In this document: piece by piece, positions 31,435-40,041 of the stretch
How positions within the stretch are numbered: position 1 is the stretch's first letter
Layout of the letters: each line of letters starts with the position of its first letter
DNA from: Bryobacterales bacterium
GTDB taxonomy: Bacteria > Acidobacteriota > Terriglobia > Bryobacterales > Bryobacteraceae
Direction: 5' to 3'
NCBI GenBank assembly: GCA_963810595.1
Contig: CAWEOG010000018.1
Location: 85,391 to 149,390, forward strand
Length of the DNA: 64,000 bases
The notes under the pieces: generated by a model
Database searches by the model: none
What the model saw: only the letters and a program-made list of their open reading frames with translations
What the model was told of the DNA's origin: nothing
Made by a program: the position numbers and the translations under genes

Positions 31435-32721
31435 CTACGGAACCGCTTGCACAGGGTGAACCCTGGTGGCATCTTTTTCGAATTCGAATCGCAGTATCCA
31501 TTCACTCGGGACGGCCTGGCCCTGTAACCGCGCTGGCTCAAACTTCCAGCGTCGCGCGGCTTCGAGGGCCAACCTGGCAAAGTAGCGGCTCGGTCCAGGG
31601 GAAGCGAGTGTGGCTTTTGAAACGTCGCCTGAGGAGTCCACCGCAACTCTGACGCTCACCCTGACCCTGCCTCGAATGCTGTCCCGCGCCTTCTGAGGTA
31701 CTTTCGGCAGGACCTCCTGGGCGACCTTGCCTGGCGCGTTCCGCCCGAGCCGGATCTCCCCTTGCGGCCTCGATGGAGGTGGTTCACTAGCTGGCGCTGT
31801 CTGAGCTTCCGGCTGTCCACGCGGGGGCGGGGCAACTGGAGCAGGCTGCAAATCGCGGCGCATCAGTCTGGGAACTGCCAGGATTGCGGCAAGCGCCAGG
31901 CCAAGCACGGCCCACAGCAGGACATGACGCCACTCGAGGAGCTTCCGCGGCCGTCTCGCAGAGGTCTGTCCCCGGGCAGACGCCACAATGTCGGTAATGT
32001 CCCATCGCCTCTCCGGTTCTCGCCGAAGACAGTGAAGCGCGATATCACGAAAGGGAGCCGGCAGGGTGTCCGGCAGAACCACGTCTTCCTGCTGTGGCCC
32101 CAAGACGGGCAACCGCTGCGTCAGAATTTCGACCAGAGTCACAGCAAACGACCAGACGTCCCCGGCCGATGCGGCCCCTGCGGCTGGAACCTCCGGCGGG
32201 TCGTAAGGACCTGGACTTCTGGAACCATTCCACGGCTCGCCCACACGGCAGATGCCGTCGCTCGAAAGCTTGAGGGTATCGCCGACGGCCAGGATGTTCG
32301 CAGGCTTCAGATGCCCATGTACGAAACCCTTTCCATGGAGGTATGCGAGGGCATCCGCGGCGGGCTCCAGCAATTCGCCGGCTTCCGTTGCCGTGAGCGA
32401 CCGCTGTGGGAGAACCTGCGATAGGTCATCGTCGGCGTATTCCATCACCACATAAAGGAGTTCGGCCCCGCTCAAACGGCACTTTCCCATTCGGAGCAAC
32501 TGGATCAAATGGGGATGAGACAGCTTCGCGGCCAGTTTCCAGTGGCTGATTAGGGTACCTTCGTCAACGGAATCCGCCGGCACGAGCTTGATCGCAGCCT
32601 TCCTGGACTTCGGCCCGCGGCACTCCGTAAGGAAAACGGCGTTCCCTCCACCGCCACCCAGGTACCGGAGCAGGGGGAATTCCCCATCCACGATTTGGCC
32701 TTCCCACTGTTTCCCATCCAT
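31435..32721 (-). CDS. Ser/Thr-kinase-like domain + TM helix + TonB C-terminal-like domain; probable pseudokinase
   Basis: Gly loop LGGGGGNAVF and lysine AAIKL are present, but HRD is replaced by HGHLKPANIL and DFG by LSSDGI. The TM segment is VLLWAVLGLALAAILAV. The C-terminus ..VRVSVRVAVDSSGDVSKATL..ALEAARRWKFEP is TonB_C-like. Confidence 0.75.
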   Translation of the reverse strand: MDGKQWEGQIVDGEFPLLRYLGGGGGNAVFLTECRGPKSRKAAIKLVPADSVDEGTLISHWKLAAKLSHPHLIQLLRMGKCRLSGAELLYVVMEYADDDLSQVLPQRSLTATEAGELLEPAADALAYLHGKGFVHGHLKPANILAVGDTLKLSSDGICRVGEPWNGSRSPGPYDPPEVPAAGAASAGDVWSFAVTLVEILTQRLPVLGPQQEDVVLPDTLPAPFRDIALHCLRREPERRWDITDIVASARGQTSARRPRKLLEWRHVLLWAVLGLALAAILAVPRLMRRDLQPAPVAPPPRGQPEAQTAPASEPPPSRPQGEIRLGRNAPGKVAQEVLPKVPQKARDSIRGRVRVSVRVAVDSSGDVSKATLASPGPSRYFARLALEAARRWKFEPARLQGQAVPSEWILRFEFEKDATRVHPVQAVP

Positions 32722-33080
32722 ACCGCGTCACCTGCCCTGCACAAGGACGTAGACTGACCTTGGCTGGGTGATTGTCTCCCACCGGCCGACGAACCTTGAC
32801 TTCAATTCCCAGCGTCTTCTGGCCGCCGGCAGCAGCATTCCCGATACAATTCGATTCTACTTGACGTTGAAGGCACGGGAGCGGCAGGAACAGTATGACC
32901 TCGGTCTGGAGAAGCAGCCGCGGCCAAGGCGCATTCGTGACGAGCAGCCCGACCCCGCATCGGGAGCCTGGTCGCGGAAGGGACGGCCACCGCTGGCCTC
33001 CCCCTGCTGGCAGGAGGGTGATGCTCCAAAATAGCAATTTGGCAAGGCCCTTACCTGCAAGCAACCGCGAGTTACTCCCG

Positions 33081-34706
33081 TTACTCCCGCAGCCCGAATA
33101 CAAACATCCCGTGCCCCGCCGCCACCGCTACGTACTGCTTCCCGTCCACCGAGTAACTGACCGGACCGGCCGCGATGTAGCCGCCCAGCGAAACCTTCCA
33201 GAGCAACTTGCCGTCGCGCGCGTCGAAGGCATGGAAGTAGCCTTCGCGGTTTCCGGTGAAAACCACGTCTCCAGCCGTACTCAGGACGCCGCCTTCGGTC
33301 AGATCGGCGAACTTCACCCGCCACACCGTCTCACCGGTCTTCGGATTGAGCGCCAGCAGCGCGCCGTAACCCTGCTCTTCGTTCGGAAGCAGCCTGGTGT
33401 TCCTGTTGAACGGCAGCGGCTGGCGTACGTCCCCTCCGTTGTATCGCAGCCCCGCCACGTAATCCGCCTCGCCTTCCTGGTACACCGAGTAGTAGTCGGC
33501 CCACACCGACAGGTAGAACAGCCCGGTCCGCGGGCTATACGAGGGCGCGTACCAGTTCGTGCCGCCCTGTACGCCCGGGTAGACCAGCGTCCCTTCCGGC
33601 GTCGGCAACGCCTTCGGTTCTATCTTCGGACGCCCGTTTTCGTCAAAGCCCGCCAGCCAATTTACCTTCACGAACGGCTTGCCCGACAGGAACTTTCCGT
33701 CGGTCCGGTCCAGCACGTAGAAGACGCCATCGCGATGGGCCCAGTACAGCAATTTGCGCGGCTGCCCCTGCCACTCCGCGTCCACCATCACCGGAGTCTG
33801 CATTGCGTCCCAATCCCAGGGGTCGTTCGGAATGAACTGATAGTGCCACTTCAGCTTGCCGGTGTCGGCATCCAGCGCAATTACCGAACTGGTGTACAGA
33901 TTGTCGCCCGGTCGCACCTTCGCGTTCCAGTCCGGACCCGGATTGCCGACGCCTTGAATGATCAGATTCAACTCCGGGTCATAGGAGCCGGTGAGCCAGA
34001 TGGAGCCGCCGCCGTGCCGCCAGGCATCGCCCGCCCAAGTCTCGTGGCCCGCTTCGCCAGGTCCCGGAACCGTATTGAAGCGCCACACCTCTTTCCCGGT
34101 ACGCGCATCGAAGGCGGCCAAAAAACCGCGGATGCCGTACTCGCCCCCGCCCGGTCCGATGATCACTTTATCCTTCACCACCAGGGGCGCCATCGTCAGG
34201 CTGTAGCCCAGGCTGGGGTCGACCACGGGCGTCTTCCAGATCTCCTCGCCCGTCTTCGCGTCCAGCGCCACCAGGTTGCCGTCCAACGCCGCCAGGAAAA
34301 GCGTGTCTCCGAGAATCGCGAGCCCGCGATTGTCGCGGCCGCAGCACACACCCACGTTGCCGGAAAGAGTATACCGATAGGTCCAGAACGCCCGCCCGGT
34401 TTTCGCGTCCACCGCGATCACATCGCTCGGCGGTTGCGAGAAGTACATCACGCCGTCTACCACCAGCGGGGTCGCTTCGAACTTGTCGAGCGAATCGAGC
34501 TGGTACACCCATTTCAACTCGAGGTTCTTCGCGTTCTCGACGCCGATCTGGTCGAGCGAGCTGTAGCGCCAGCTCCGGTAGCTGCCCGCGTACGTCAGCC
34601 AGTTCTGCGGCTCCCGGTCGGCGTGCAGCAGCCGCTGGTAGCTCACCTGCGCGCACAACGGCACCCAGCAGCTCAGGCACACTACGGCAGCCAAAGTTTT
34701 TCTCAT
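33081..34706 (-). CDS. PQQ-dependent alcohol/aldehyde dehydrogenase (quinoprotein), secreted
   Basis: 541 aa with an eight-blade propeller pattern, vicinal Cys VCCGRDNRG, GGGEYGIRGF, GVGNPGPDWN and NDPWDWDAMQ. Confidence 0.9.
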   Translation of the reverse strand: MRKTLAAVVCLSCWVPLCAQVSYQRLLHADREPQNWLTYAGSYRSWRYSSLDQIGVENAKNLELKWVYQLDSLDKFEATPLVVDGVMYFSQPPSDVIAVDAKTGRAFWTYRYTLSGNVGVCCGRDNRGLAILGDTLFLAALDGNLVALDAKTGEEIWKTPVVDPSLGYSLTMAPLVVKDKVIIGPGGGEYGIRGFLAAFDARTGKEVWRFNTVPGPGEAGHETWAGDAWRHGGGSIWLTGSYDPELNLIIQGVGNPGPDWNAKVRPGDNLYTSSVIALDADTGKLKWHYQFIPNDPWDWDAMQTPVMVDAEWQGQPRKLLYWAHRDGVFYVLDRTDGKFLSGKPFVKVNWLAGFDENGRPKIEPKALPTPEGTLVYPGVQGGTNWYAPSYSPRTGLFYLSVWADYYSVYQEGEADYVAGLRYNGGDVRQPLPFNRNTRLLPNEEQGYGALLALNPKTGETVWRVKFADLTEGGVLSTAGDVVFTGNREGYFHAFDARDGKLLWKVSLGGYIAAGPVSYSVDGKQYVAVAAGHGMFVFGLRE

Positions 34707-35488
34707 GGAGTCCCTTTCAATGATGCCAGGTAGGCAACCACATCGCCCAGTTGCCCGGCGCTTAACTTCCCTTCGTAACTCGGCATGGGCGATTTCCTGA
34801 TCAGCTCGTACTCTCTGAGATCTCTTTTCACGAACGAAACCAGCTTGTCCCGGGAATCGATGAGTTGCACGCTGTAGGTGTCTTCATTCAGCCTTCTGCC
34901 CGTAAAGCTCCGCCCGTCGCGCGTTACCAGCCGCACATACCAATATTCCGGGAGCACGCGTTCATCCGGACGCAGCAGCGACGCCAGCAGGTCGGTGGGG
35001 GGCCTGCGCGCGCCGGCGCCGCTCAAGTCCGGCCCGATCCGCGAGCCCCTCCCGTTCACTCTGTGGCAGCTCGCGCATTGGCCGCTCCCGAAAAACAGCG
35101 CCTGCCCTCTGGCGGCATCGCCCGGCGGTGGAGGCGGCATGGCCGCTCTTCCCAGCGCCCGCAAATAGGCCAGAACCTGCATGGCGTCCATTCCGCTCAA
35201 CGGAAATCCCGGCATCTCGGTCCCCGGAATCCCGTTGCGCATGGCCCGATACAAGTCGTCGTCGGTGCCGCCGTGCCGGAATTTGCCGCTGGTAAGGTCA
35301 GGCCCCCGGGCGCCCTTTCCCTCAGGGCCGTGACACACGGCGCAGTTCGCCAGCCACAGCTTCCGGCCTTGCGCCGGGTCAACCGGGGCATGGAACAGCC
35401 GCTCAGTCGGAGCCTGTGCCCAGACACACGACACCAGCAGTACGGCTAAACCGAAACTTCGTGGATTGATTTTGTGAAGCCGGTACAT
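34703..35488 (-). CDS. Dihaem c-type cytochrome
   Basis: Two CxxCH motifs (CAVCHG, CASCHR). The signal-like start is MYRLHKINPRSFGLAVLLVSCVWAQ at 35488. The stop overlaps the PQQ gene start (ATGA). Confidence 0.85.
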   Translation of the reverse strand: MYRLHKINPRSFGLAVLLVSCVWAQAPTERLFHAPVDPAQGRKLWLANCAVCHGPEGKGARGPDLTSGKFRHGGTDDDLYRAMRNGIPGTEMPGFPLSGMDAMQVLAYLRALGRAAMPPPPPGDAARGQALFFGSGQCASCHRVNGRGSRIGPDLSGAGARRPPTDLLASLLRPDERVLPEYWYVRLVTRDGRSFTGRRLNEDTYSVQLIDSRDKLVSFVKRDLREYELIRKSPMPSYEGKLSAGQLGDVVAYLASLKGTP

Positions 35489-35579
35489 CCTAACATGATC
35501 GTCTGGATTCCCGCGCTGGAACAATCGAGCGCCACCGGGGCCGTGCCTTAGTGGGACGATAGATTTCGGAGAACCGACG

Positions 35580-36632
35580 ATGAGACTCATCCAATTGGCG
35601 GCAGCCCTTCTCGTAATGGTTCCGGCCCAGGCGGCAGTCAAGACCCTCGACATGTATGTGATCAATGTCGAAGGAGCCAAGTCATCCCTTTTGGTTTCGC
35701 CATCTGGGCAGAGCATGCTGATCGACGCTGGCCTCCCGGGTTCCCTGAATAACGGTCGCGATGCGGACCGCATCGTGGAAGCCTGTAAGGCTGCCGGCGT
35801 GAAGAAGATCGACTATATGGTGGTGACGCACTACGACGGCGACCACGTGGGCGGCGTCCCTGCGCTGGCCGAGCGCATGCCCATTGGGACGTTCGTGGAC
35901 CATGGCGCGAACGTCCAACTGAACAGATTCACGATCAAAGGCGTGGAAGATTACATGGCCGTCGTAGCCAAGGGCAAGCACATCGTGGTGAAAGCCGGCG
36001 ACCGAATTCCGATCAAGGGCTTCGACGCACTGGTGGTAATGGCGGCGGGTAAGGCAATCACGGAGCCGCTGAAGGGGGCTGGCCAACCGAATCCCGCTTG
36101 CGATACAACTCCCCGCAAAACCTGGGGGCCGAATGCGCGCGGAATCGTCGAGAACCAGGACACCAACGAAAACTCGCAGGCGATTGTGCTCCTGGTGACG
36201 TATGGCAAGTTCCGCATGCTGGACCCGGCCGATGTGACCTGGAACAAAGACCGCGAACTGATGTGCCCGATAAATCGCGTAGGTACGGTGGATCTCTACA
36301 TGACCGCCAACCACGGTATCGACAATGCGAACTCGCCGGTGTTGGTGCATGCGCTCCGCCCGCGTGTGGTCATCGCGGACAACGGACCGCGAAAGGGCGC
36401 CTCGGCGGAAGTGTTTCAGACTGTCGAATCGTCGCCCGGGCTGGAGGACTACTGGCAGTTGCATTATTTGATCGCGGGCGGAGAGAAAGCCAATGTCTCA
36501 CCGGACTACATCGCCAACATCGAGGGCAGCCCGGATGGGAAGCGGATCGAAGTTTCCGTCCAGCTGAATGGCACCTTCACGGTCACCAATACGCGCAACA
36601 ACTTCTCCAAGACCTATAAGCCGCGGAAGTAG
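35580..36632 (+). CDS. MBL-fold metallo-hydrolase, secreted
   Basis: Signal peptide, plus ..MLIDAGLPG..DYMVVTHYDGDHVGG (HxHxDH-like). Confidence 0.75.
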   Translation: MRLIQLAAALLVMVPAQAAVKTLDMYVINVEGAKSSLLVSPSGQSMLIDAGLPGSLNNGRDADRIVEACKAAGVKKIDYMVVTHYDGDHVGGVPALAERMPIGTFVDHGANVQLNRFTIKGVEDYMAVVAKGKHIVVKAGDRIPIKGFDALVVMAAGKAITEPLKGAGQPNPACDTTPRKTWGPNARGIVENQDTNENSQAIVLLVTYGKFRMLDPADVTWNKDRELMCPINRVGTVDLYMTANHGIDNANSPVLVHALRPRVVIADNGPRKGASAEVFQTVESSPGLEDYWQLHYLIAGGEKANVSPDYIANIEGSPDGKRIEVSVQLNGTFTVTNTRNNFSKTYKPRK

Positions 36633-37068
36633 AGGCGAGCGCCGGGTTTATCGGCACTGGTTCCGCTTCACGTGCTGGAGGGCGCTTTCACCGAAGGCAA
36701 GGCGCCCGACGACGCCGGACCGCTTCCGGGACGCCGTCCTTCCCGCGAAGCGGGATACGGATCGGCAGATCTGGGTTGCGGGGCCCGCCGCTACCCAGGG
36801 TAACCGAAAGAAGGAATTGCCCTGCAAGGGCTGCGCCTCGTGCCGCGAGCTGCAGAACCTGCCACCTACCCGTCCCCCTGAGACTTCTCGTTATTTTGAG
36901 GGGAACGTGGGCAATCGTTTGGAAGCAAATCGAAGAATCAGCACAGTACCGAAACCGGCCGGAGCCCGGAACTGCCTTCGCCAGTTCAGCCTCGGTTTTG
37001 TTACTCTCACGGTTGGAGTTCGGACGGGCCGATTCTGGCTGCGTCCGGAAAGGCAATAATCAGAAACC

Positions 37069-37758
37069 ATGATGAAACAGCTCTCCGCACTGCCGCTTCT
37101 GCTGCTGTCGTTCACCGCCCGCCAAGCGTTTCCCCAGAATATGAAAACAGAAGAGTGCCGCATCAAGCTGCCGGGGATCACCTTCACTCGCTCGCTCAAC
37201 CAGGCCGCCGCTCATGCGAAGGTCGAGGATGGAAAGATCACTATCGCAAGTGAAGCGAACCGCGACAATTTCCGCAACCCGGATGGAAAACAGGTCAGGA
37301 ACACTGCGCCAGTGCTCTTGACGGAAGTCGACAACAAGCAACCCTTCACCTTCACGGCCAAGGTCACACCGACGTTCCTGAAGACATACGACGCCGGGAC
37401 TCTCTACATCTATGTGAAAGAGGACCTCTGGCTGAAGATGGCGATGGAAATGGACGAGCGCCACAAGACCAGGATGGTCACCGTTAGAACCAGCGGGACC
37501 TCTGACGATAACAACCACGACGTCGTCACGGCGAAAAGTGTTTATATGAAGATCTCTTCGGACACGAAGACCGTCGGGTTCTACTACTCGCTCGACAAGA
37601 AGACCTGGCAGTTGATTCGCGTCTTCAAGAACGACTACCCGGCATCGCTCTGGGTGGGCATCAGCGCCCAGAGCCCGATCGGCGAAGGAACGTCCGCGGC
37701 CTTCGAGGACATATCCCTGACCAAAACGAACGTCTCGGACTTCCGGCTGGGGATCTGA
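37069..37758 (+). CDS. DUF1349-like concanavalin/lectin-fold secreted protein
   Basis: Signal peptide, plus ..NAPVLLTEV..FTFTAKV..YDAGTLYIYVKEDLWLKMAME.. Confidence 0.65.
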   Translation: MMKQLSALPLLLLSFTARQAFPQNMKTEECRIKLPGITFTRSLNQAAAHAKVEDGKITIASEANRDNFRNPDGKQVRNTAPVLLTEVDNKQPFTFTAKVTPTFLKTYDAGTLYIYVKEDLWLKMAMEMDERHKTRMVTVRTSGTSDDNNHDVVTAKSVYMKISSDTKTVGFYYSLDKKTWQLIRVFKNDYPASLWVGISAQSPIGEGTSAAFEDISLTKTNVSDFRLGI

Positions 37759-37820
37759 AGTGATTGCGTTTCCTTGGCTAGGGAACCAGGAACTGAGATC
37801 AAGGTGAATCGCCAGCCGCG

Positions 37821-38678
37821 CTATTCCCGTCCGAACAGGTACACGCCGCTCGAATCCTCCACCGGCGCAGCCGGAACGGGAATTCCTTTTTCCACGAAGG
37901 GCCGGATCATGGCAGCGATCCGTTCGGCCGCGACGTGCGCGGCGTCGCTCGAGTAGCTGCGGAAACACAACTGGCTCCAGCCGTTCGATCGCACGGCATC
38001 CAGCAGCGCGGCGCCTCGGAGGTGGCCGGGGGCACGCACGCTTTCAATCGAGCCGCTCGCGTCCCAGCCCATCACTCGCGCGAGATCCAGAGAGGAGAAA
38101 TCCAGCAGCCAGCGGCGGACGCCGTGCCGGGCGGCGTCATCCGCGAGGGCTTCGACCGCGGCGCCCGCCAGATACATGAGCAGCCCTTCGGTGATCATCA
38201 GGGCGGGAGCCCCAGCGGCGGCTGCGAACAGCGCCGCGCGCTGCGTCTGGACGGTCACATCCGCGGCCACGCGATCGAGACGGCACTTCGGTTCTTCGGC
38301 AGCCATGGCACGCATTTTGTAGCTCAGCATCTCCGGAAAATCCGCTTCGATCCACCGAAGGTCCGGTGGAAGCTCCAGACGCCACGGGCGCGTGTCGAGC
38401 CCGGCTCCGATGCTCAGCACAACCTCGATGCTCTCCTGCGCGATGGTCTGGATGACCAAGTCATCCAGGAAGCGGGTGCGGACCCCGACGCCGAAACACA
38501 TCAACTGCCAGCCGGTGATGCCATGCAGGATCGCATCGCCGCGCGGCCCGGCAAGTCTCTCGGCAAACGGATCGCGCACCAATCCGTCGGCGCGCGCGGT
38601 TTCGAGGGCGCGGCACGCCGCCACCATGAGGGCCGTGTCGCTGACATGCAGGATCTGGTCCGGGATGTTGGGAGCCAT
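37821..38678 (-). CDS. Class I SAM-dependent methyltransferase (LCM/O-methyltransferase-like)
   Basis: SDTALMVAACRA..DPFAERLAG..VVLSIGAGLDTRPWRL..ITEGLLMYL. Confidence 0.8.
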   Translation of the reverse strand: MAPNIPDQILHVSDTALMVAACRALETARADGLVRDPFAERLAGPRGDAILHGITGWQLMCFGVGVRTRFLDDLVIQTIAQESIEVVLSIGAGLDTRPWRLELPPDLRWIEADFPEMLSYKMRAMAAEEPKCRLDRVAADVTVQTQRAALFAAAAGAPALMITEGLLMYLAGAAVEALADDAARHGVRRWLLDFSSLDLARVMGWDASGSIESVRAPGHLRGAALLDAVRSNGWSQLCFRSYSSDAAHVAAERIAAMIRPFVEKGIPVPAAPVEDSSGVYLFGRE

Positions 38679-38717
38679 GATTCATTATCGGGAAATCGGG
38701 GCGGCCCGCGGAAGGCC

Positions 38718-38820
38718 GGCCGGGAATTCGCTCCAAAACCCGAGACAAGCGACATTCGCAAGGCCGCCGGCCACCTTCGATGATTTCGTCAATCGGTCGC
38801 GGCAGGCTCTCCACTTGGCG
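38718..38820. repeat. Solo terminal segment (about 100 bp) of the inverted-repeat-bounded element family seen at 50926-51382
   Basis: It aligns by eye at about 85% with 51260-51382, including an identical 26-mer cttcgatgatttcgtcaatcggtcgc and an IR-like end caggctctccacttggc. Confidence 0.6.
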
Positions 38821-39250
38821 TCAACTCTGATCACCATTGAGTGATGACCCGGGTGCCAGCCGGATTGAAGTGCCCCATGCTCTCGAGCACCTCGCCAGCT
38901 TCCTCGATTGGAAGTGTCCCCTGTACTAATTTGCCCGGCTGAAGCTTGCCGGATTCGACCATCCGTAACATGGCCGGGTAGCGCGCTGCCTGCATCCCCA
39001 GCGATCCGATGAACTCGATCTCTTTGAACACAACCAGATCTACAGGCACAGAGATACCGCCTCCTTGTTTCTTGCTAGAGGTACCCAAGCGTAGGTGGCG
39101 ACCGCGTGTGCGGAGGCAGAACAGGGCCGGCAGAGCTGTTTGCTCATCGCCCAGAGCATCGACCGATACGTGCGCGCCACCTCCGGTCAGTTCAACGATC
39201 CGTTCCGCCGCGTTGTCCTCCGTGGCGTTGACAGTAGTCTCGGCGCCTAG

Positions 39251-39909
39251 CCCAATATGAGAGACCCCCCGGCTTTGCCGGGGAGGCAGTAGAAGTTTGA
39301 CATTTGAGGGAGTCCATCGCGGAAACTCCGAACGTGAGCAGGCAAGCACACGAAAGGAGATTTCACGCGATGGACGAGTACCAGAGTCTAAGCCATTCGG
39401 CCTGGGAGTGCAAATACCACGTGGTGTTCATTCCGAAATGCCGACGTAAGGTGCTGTACGGGGAGTTGAGGAAATACCTAGGAGAGGTATTCCGGCGACT
39501 GGCCGAGCAAAAGGAGAGTCGGATCGAGGAAGGGCATTTGATGCGGGATCACGTGCATATGATGATCTCGATACCACCGAAATACGCGGTGTCGCAGGTG
39601 GTTGGGTTCATCAAGGGCAAGAGTGCGATCCACTTGGCGCGTGTGTATGGAGAACGCAAGCGAAGCTTCGTCGGGCAGAACTTCTGGGCGCGAGGCTATT
39701 ACGTGTCGACCGTGGGGCGCGACGAGGCGGTGATTCGCGCCTACATCCAGAACCAGCAACGGGAAGACGAGCGACTGGACCAATTACGCCTGAGATATTG
39801 ACCGCCACCGTTAAGGTGGCGCAAACCACGGGGCCGCGTTAGCGACCCCGCTCAGCCGCTTTGAGCGGCTCACAACCTAAAGCCCCCGGCTTTGCCGGGG
39901 GATATTTAC
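39251..39909 (+). mobile_element. IS200/IS605-family insertion sequence (tnpA only)
   Basis: 659 bp. The subterminal hairpin ccccggctttgccgggg occurs at both ends (39265-39281, 39884-39900), with two further hairpins after tnpA. Removing it restores the ADH frame exactly (LAKE|LGAE). Confidence 0.85.
39370..39801 (+). CDS. tnpA: IS200/IS605 family Y1 (HUH) transposase TnpA
   Basis: MDEYQSLSHSAWECKYHVVFIPKCRRK..DHVHMMISIPPKY..ARGYYVSTVG. AAGGAGA lies 9 nt upstream of the ATG. Confidence 0.9.
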   Translation: MDEYQSLSHSAWECKYHVVFIPKCRRKVLYGELRKYLGEVFRRLAEQKESRIEEGHLMRDHVHMMISIPPKYAVSQVVGFIKGKSAIHLARVYGERKRSFVGQNFWARGYYVSTVGRDEAVIRAYIQNQQREDERLDQLRLRY

Positions 39910-40041
39910 TTCCTTCGCCAGGTTCAGCTTGGCCGGTGTCCGCGAGACAGCGACAACATTCGCGCCTAGGGCATGAGCGATATTCACCGCAGCGAGGCCG
40001 ACACCACCACAGCCGAAGATGGCGACCCACTCCCCGGCCTT

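Noticed and set aside
32895-34733. 612-aa plus-strand ORF
   Set aside because: It is antisense to the PQQ dehydrogenase gene. It is Arg/His/Pro/Val-rich with no motifs, a typical shadow ORF of high-G+C DNA.
36633-37068. ORFs 36568..37059 (+) and 36688..37056 (-) in the gap between the MBL-fold and DUF1349 genes
   Set aside because: Both are Arg/Pro-rich with no motif or ribosome-binding site, so the region is treated as intergenic.
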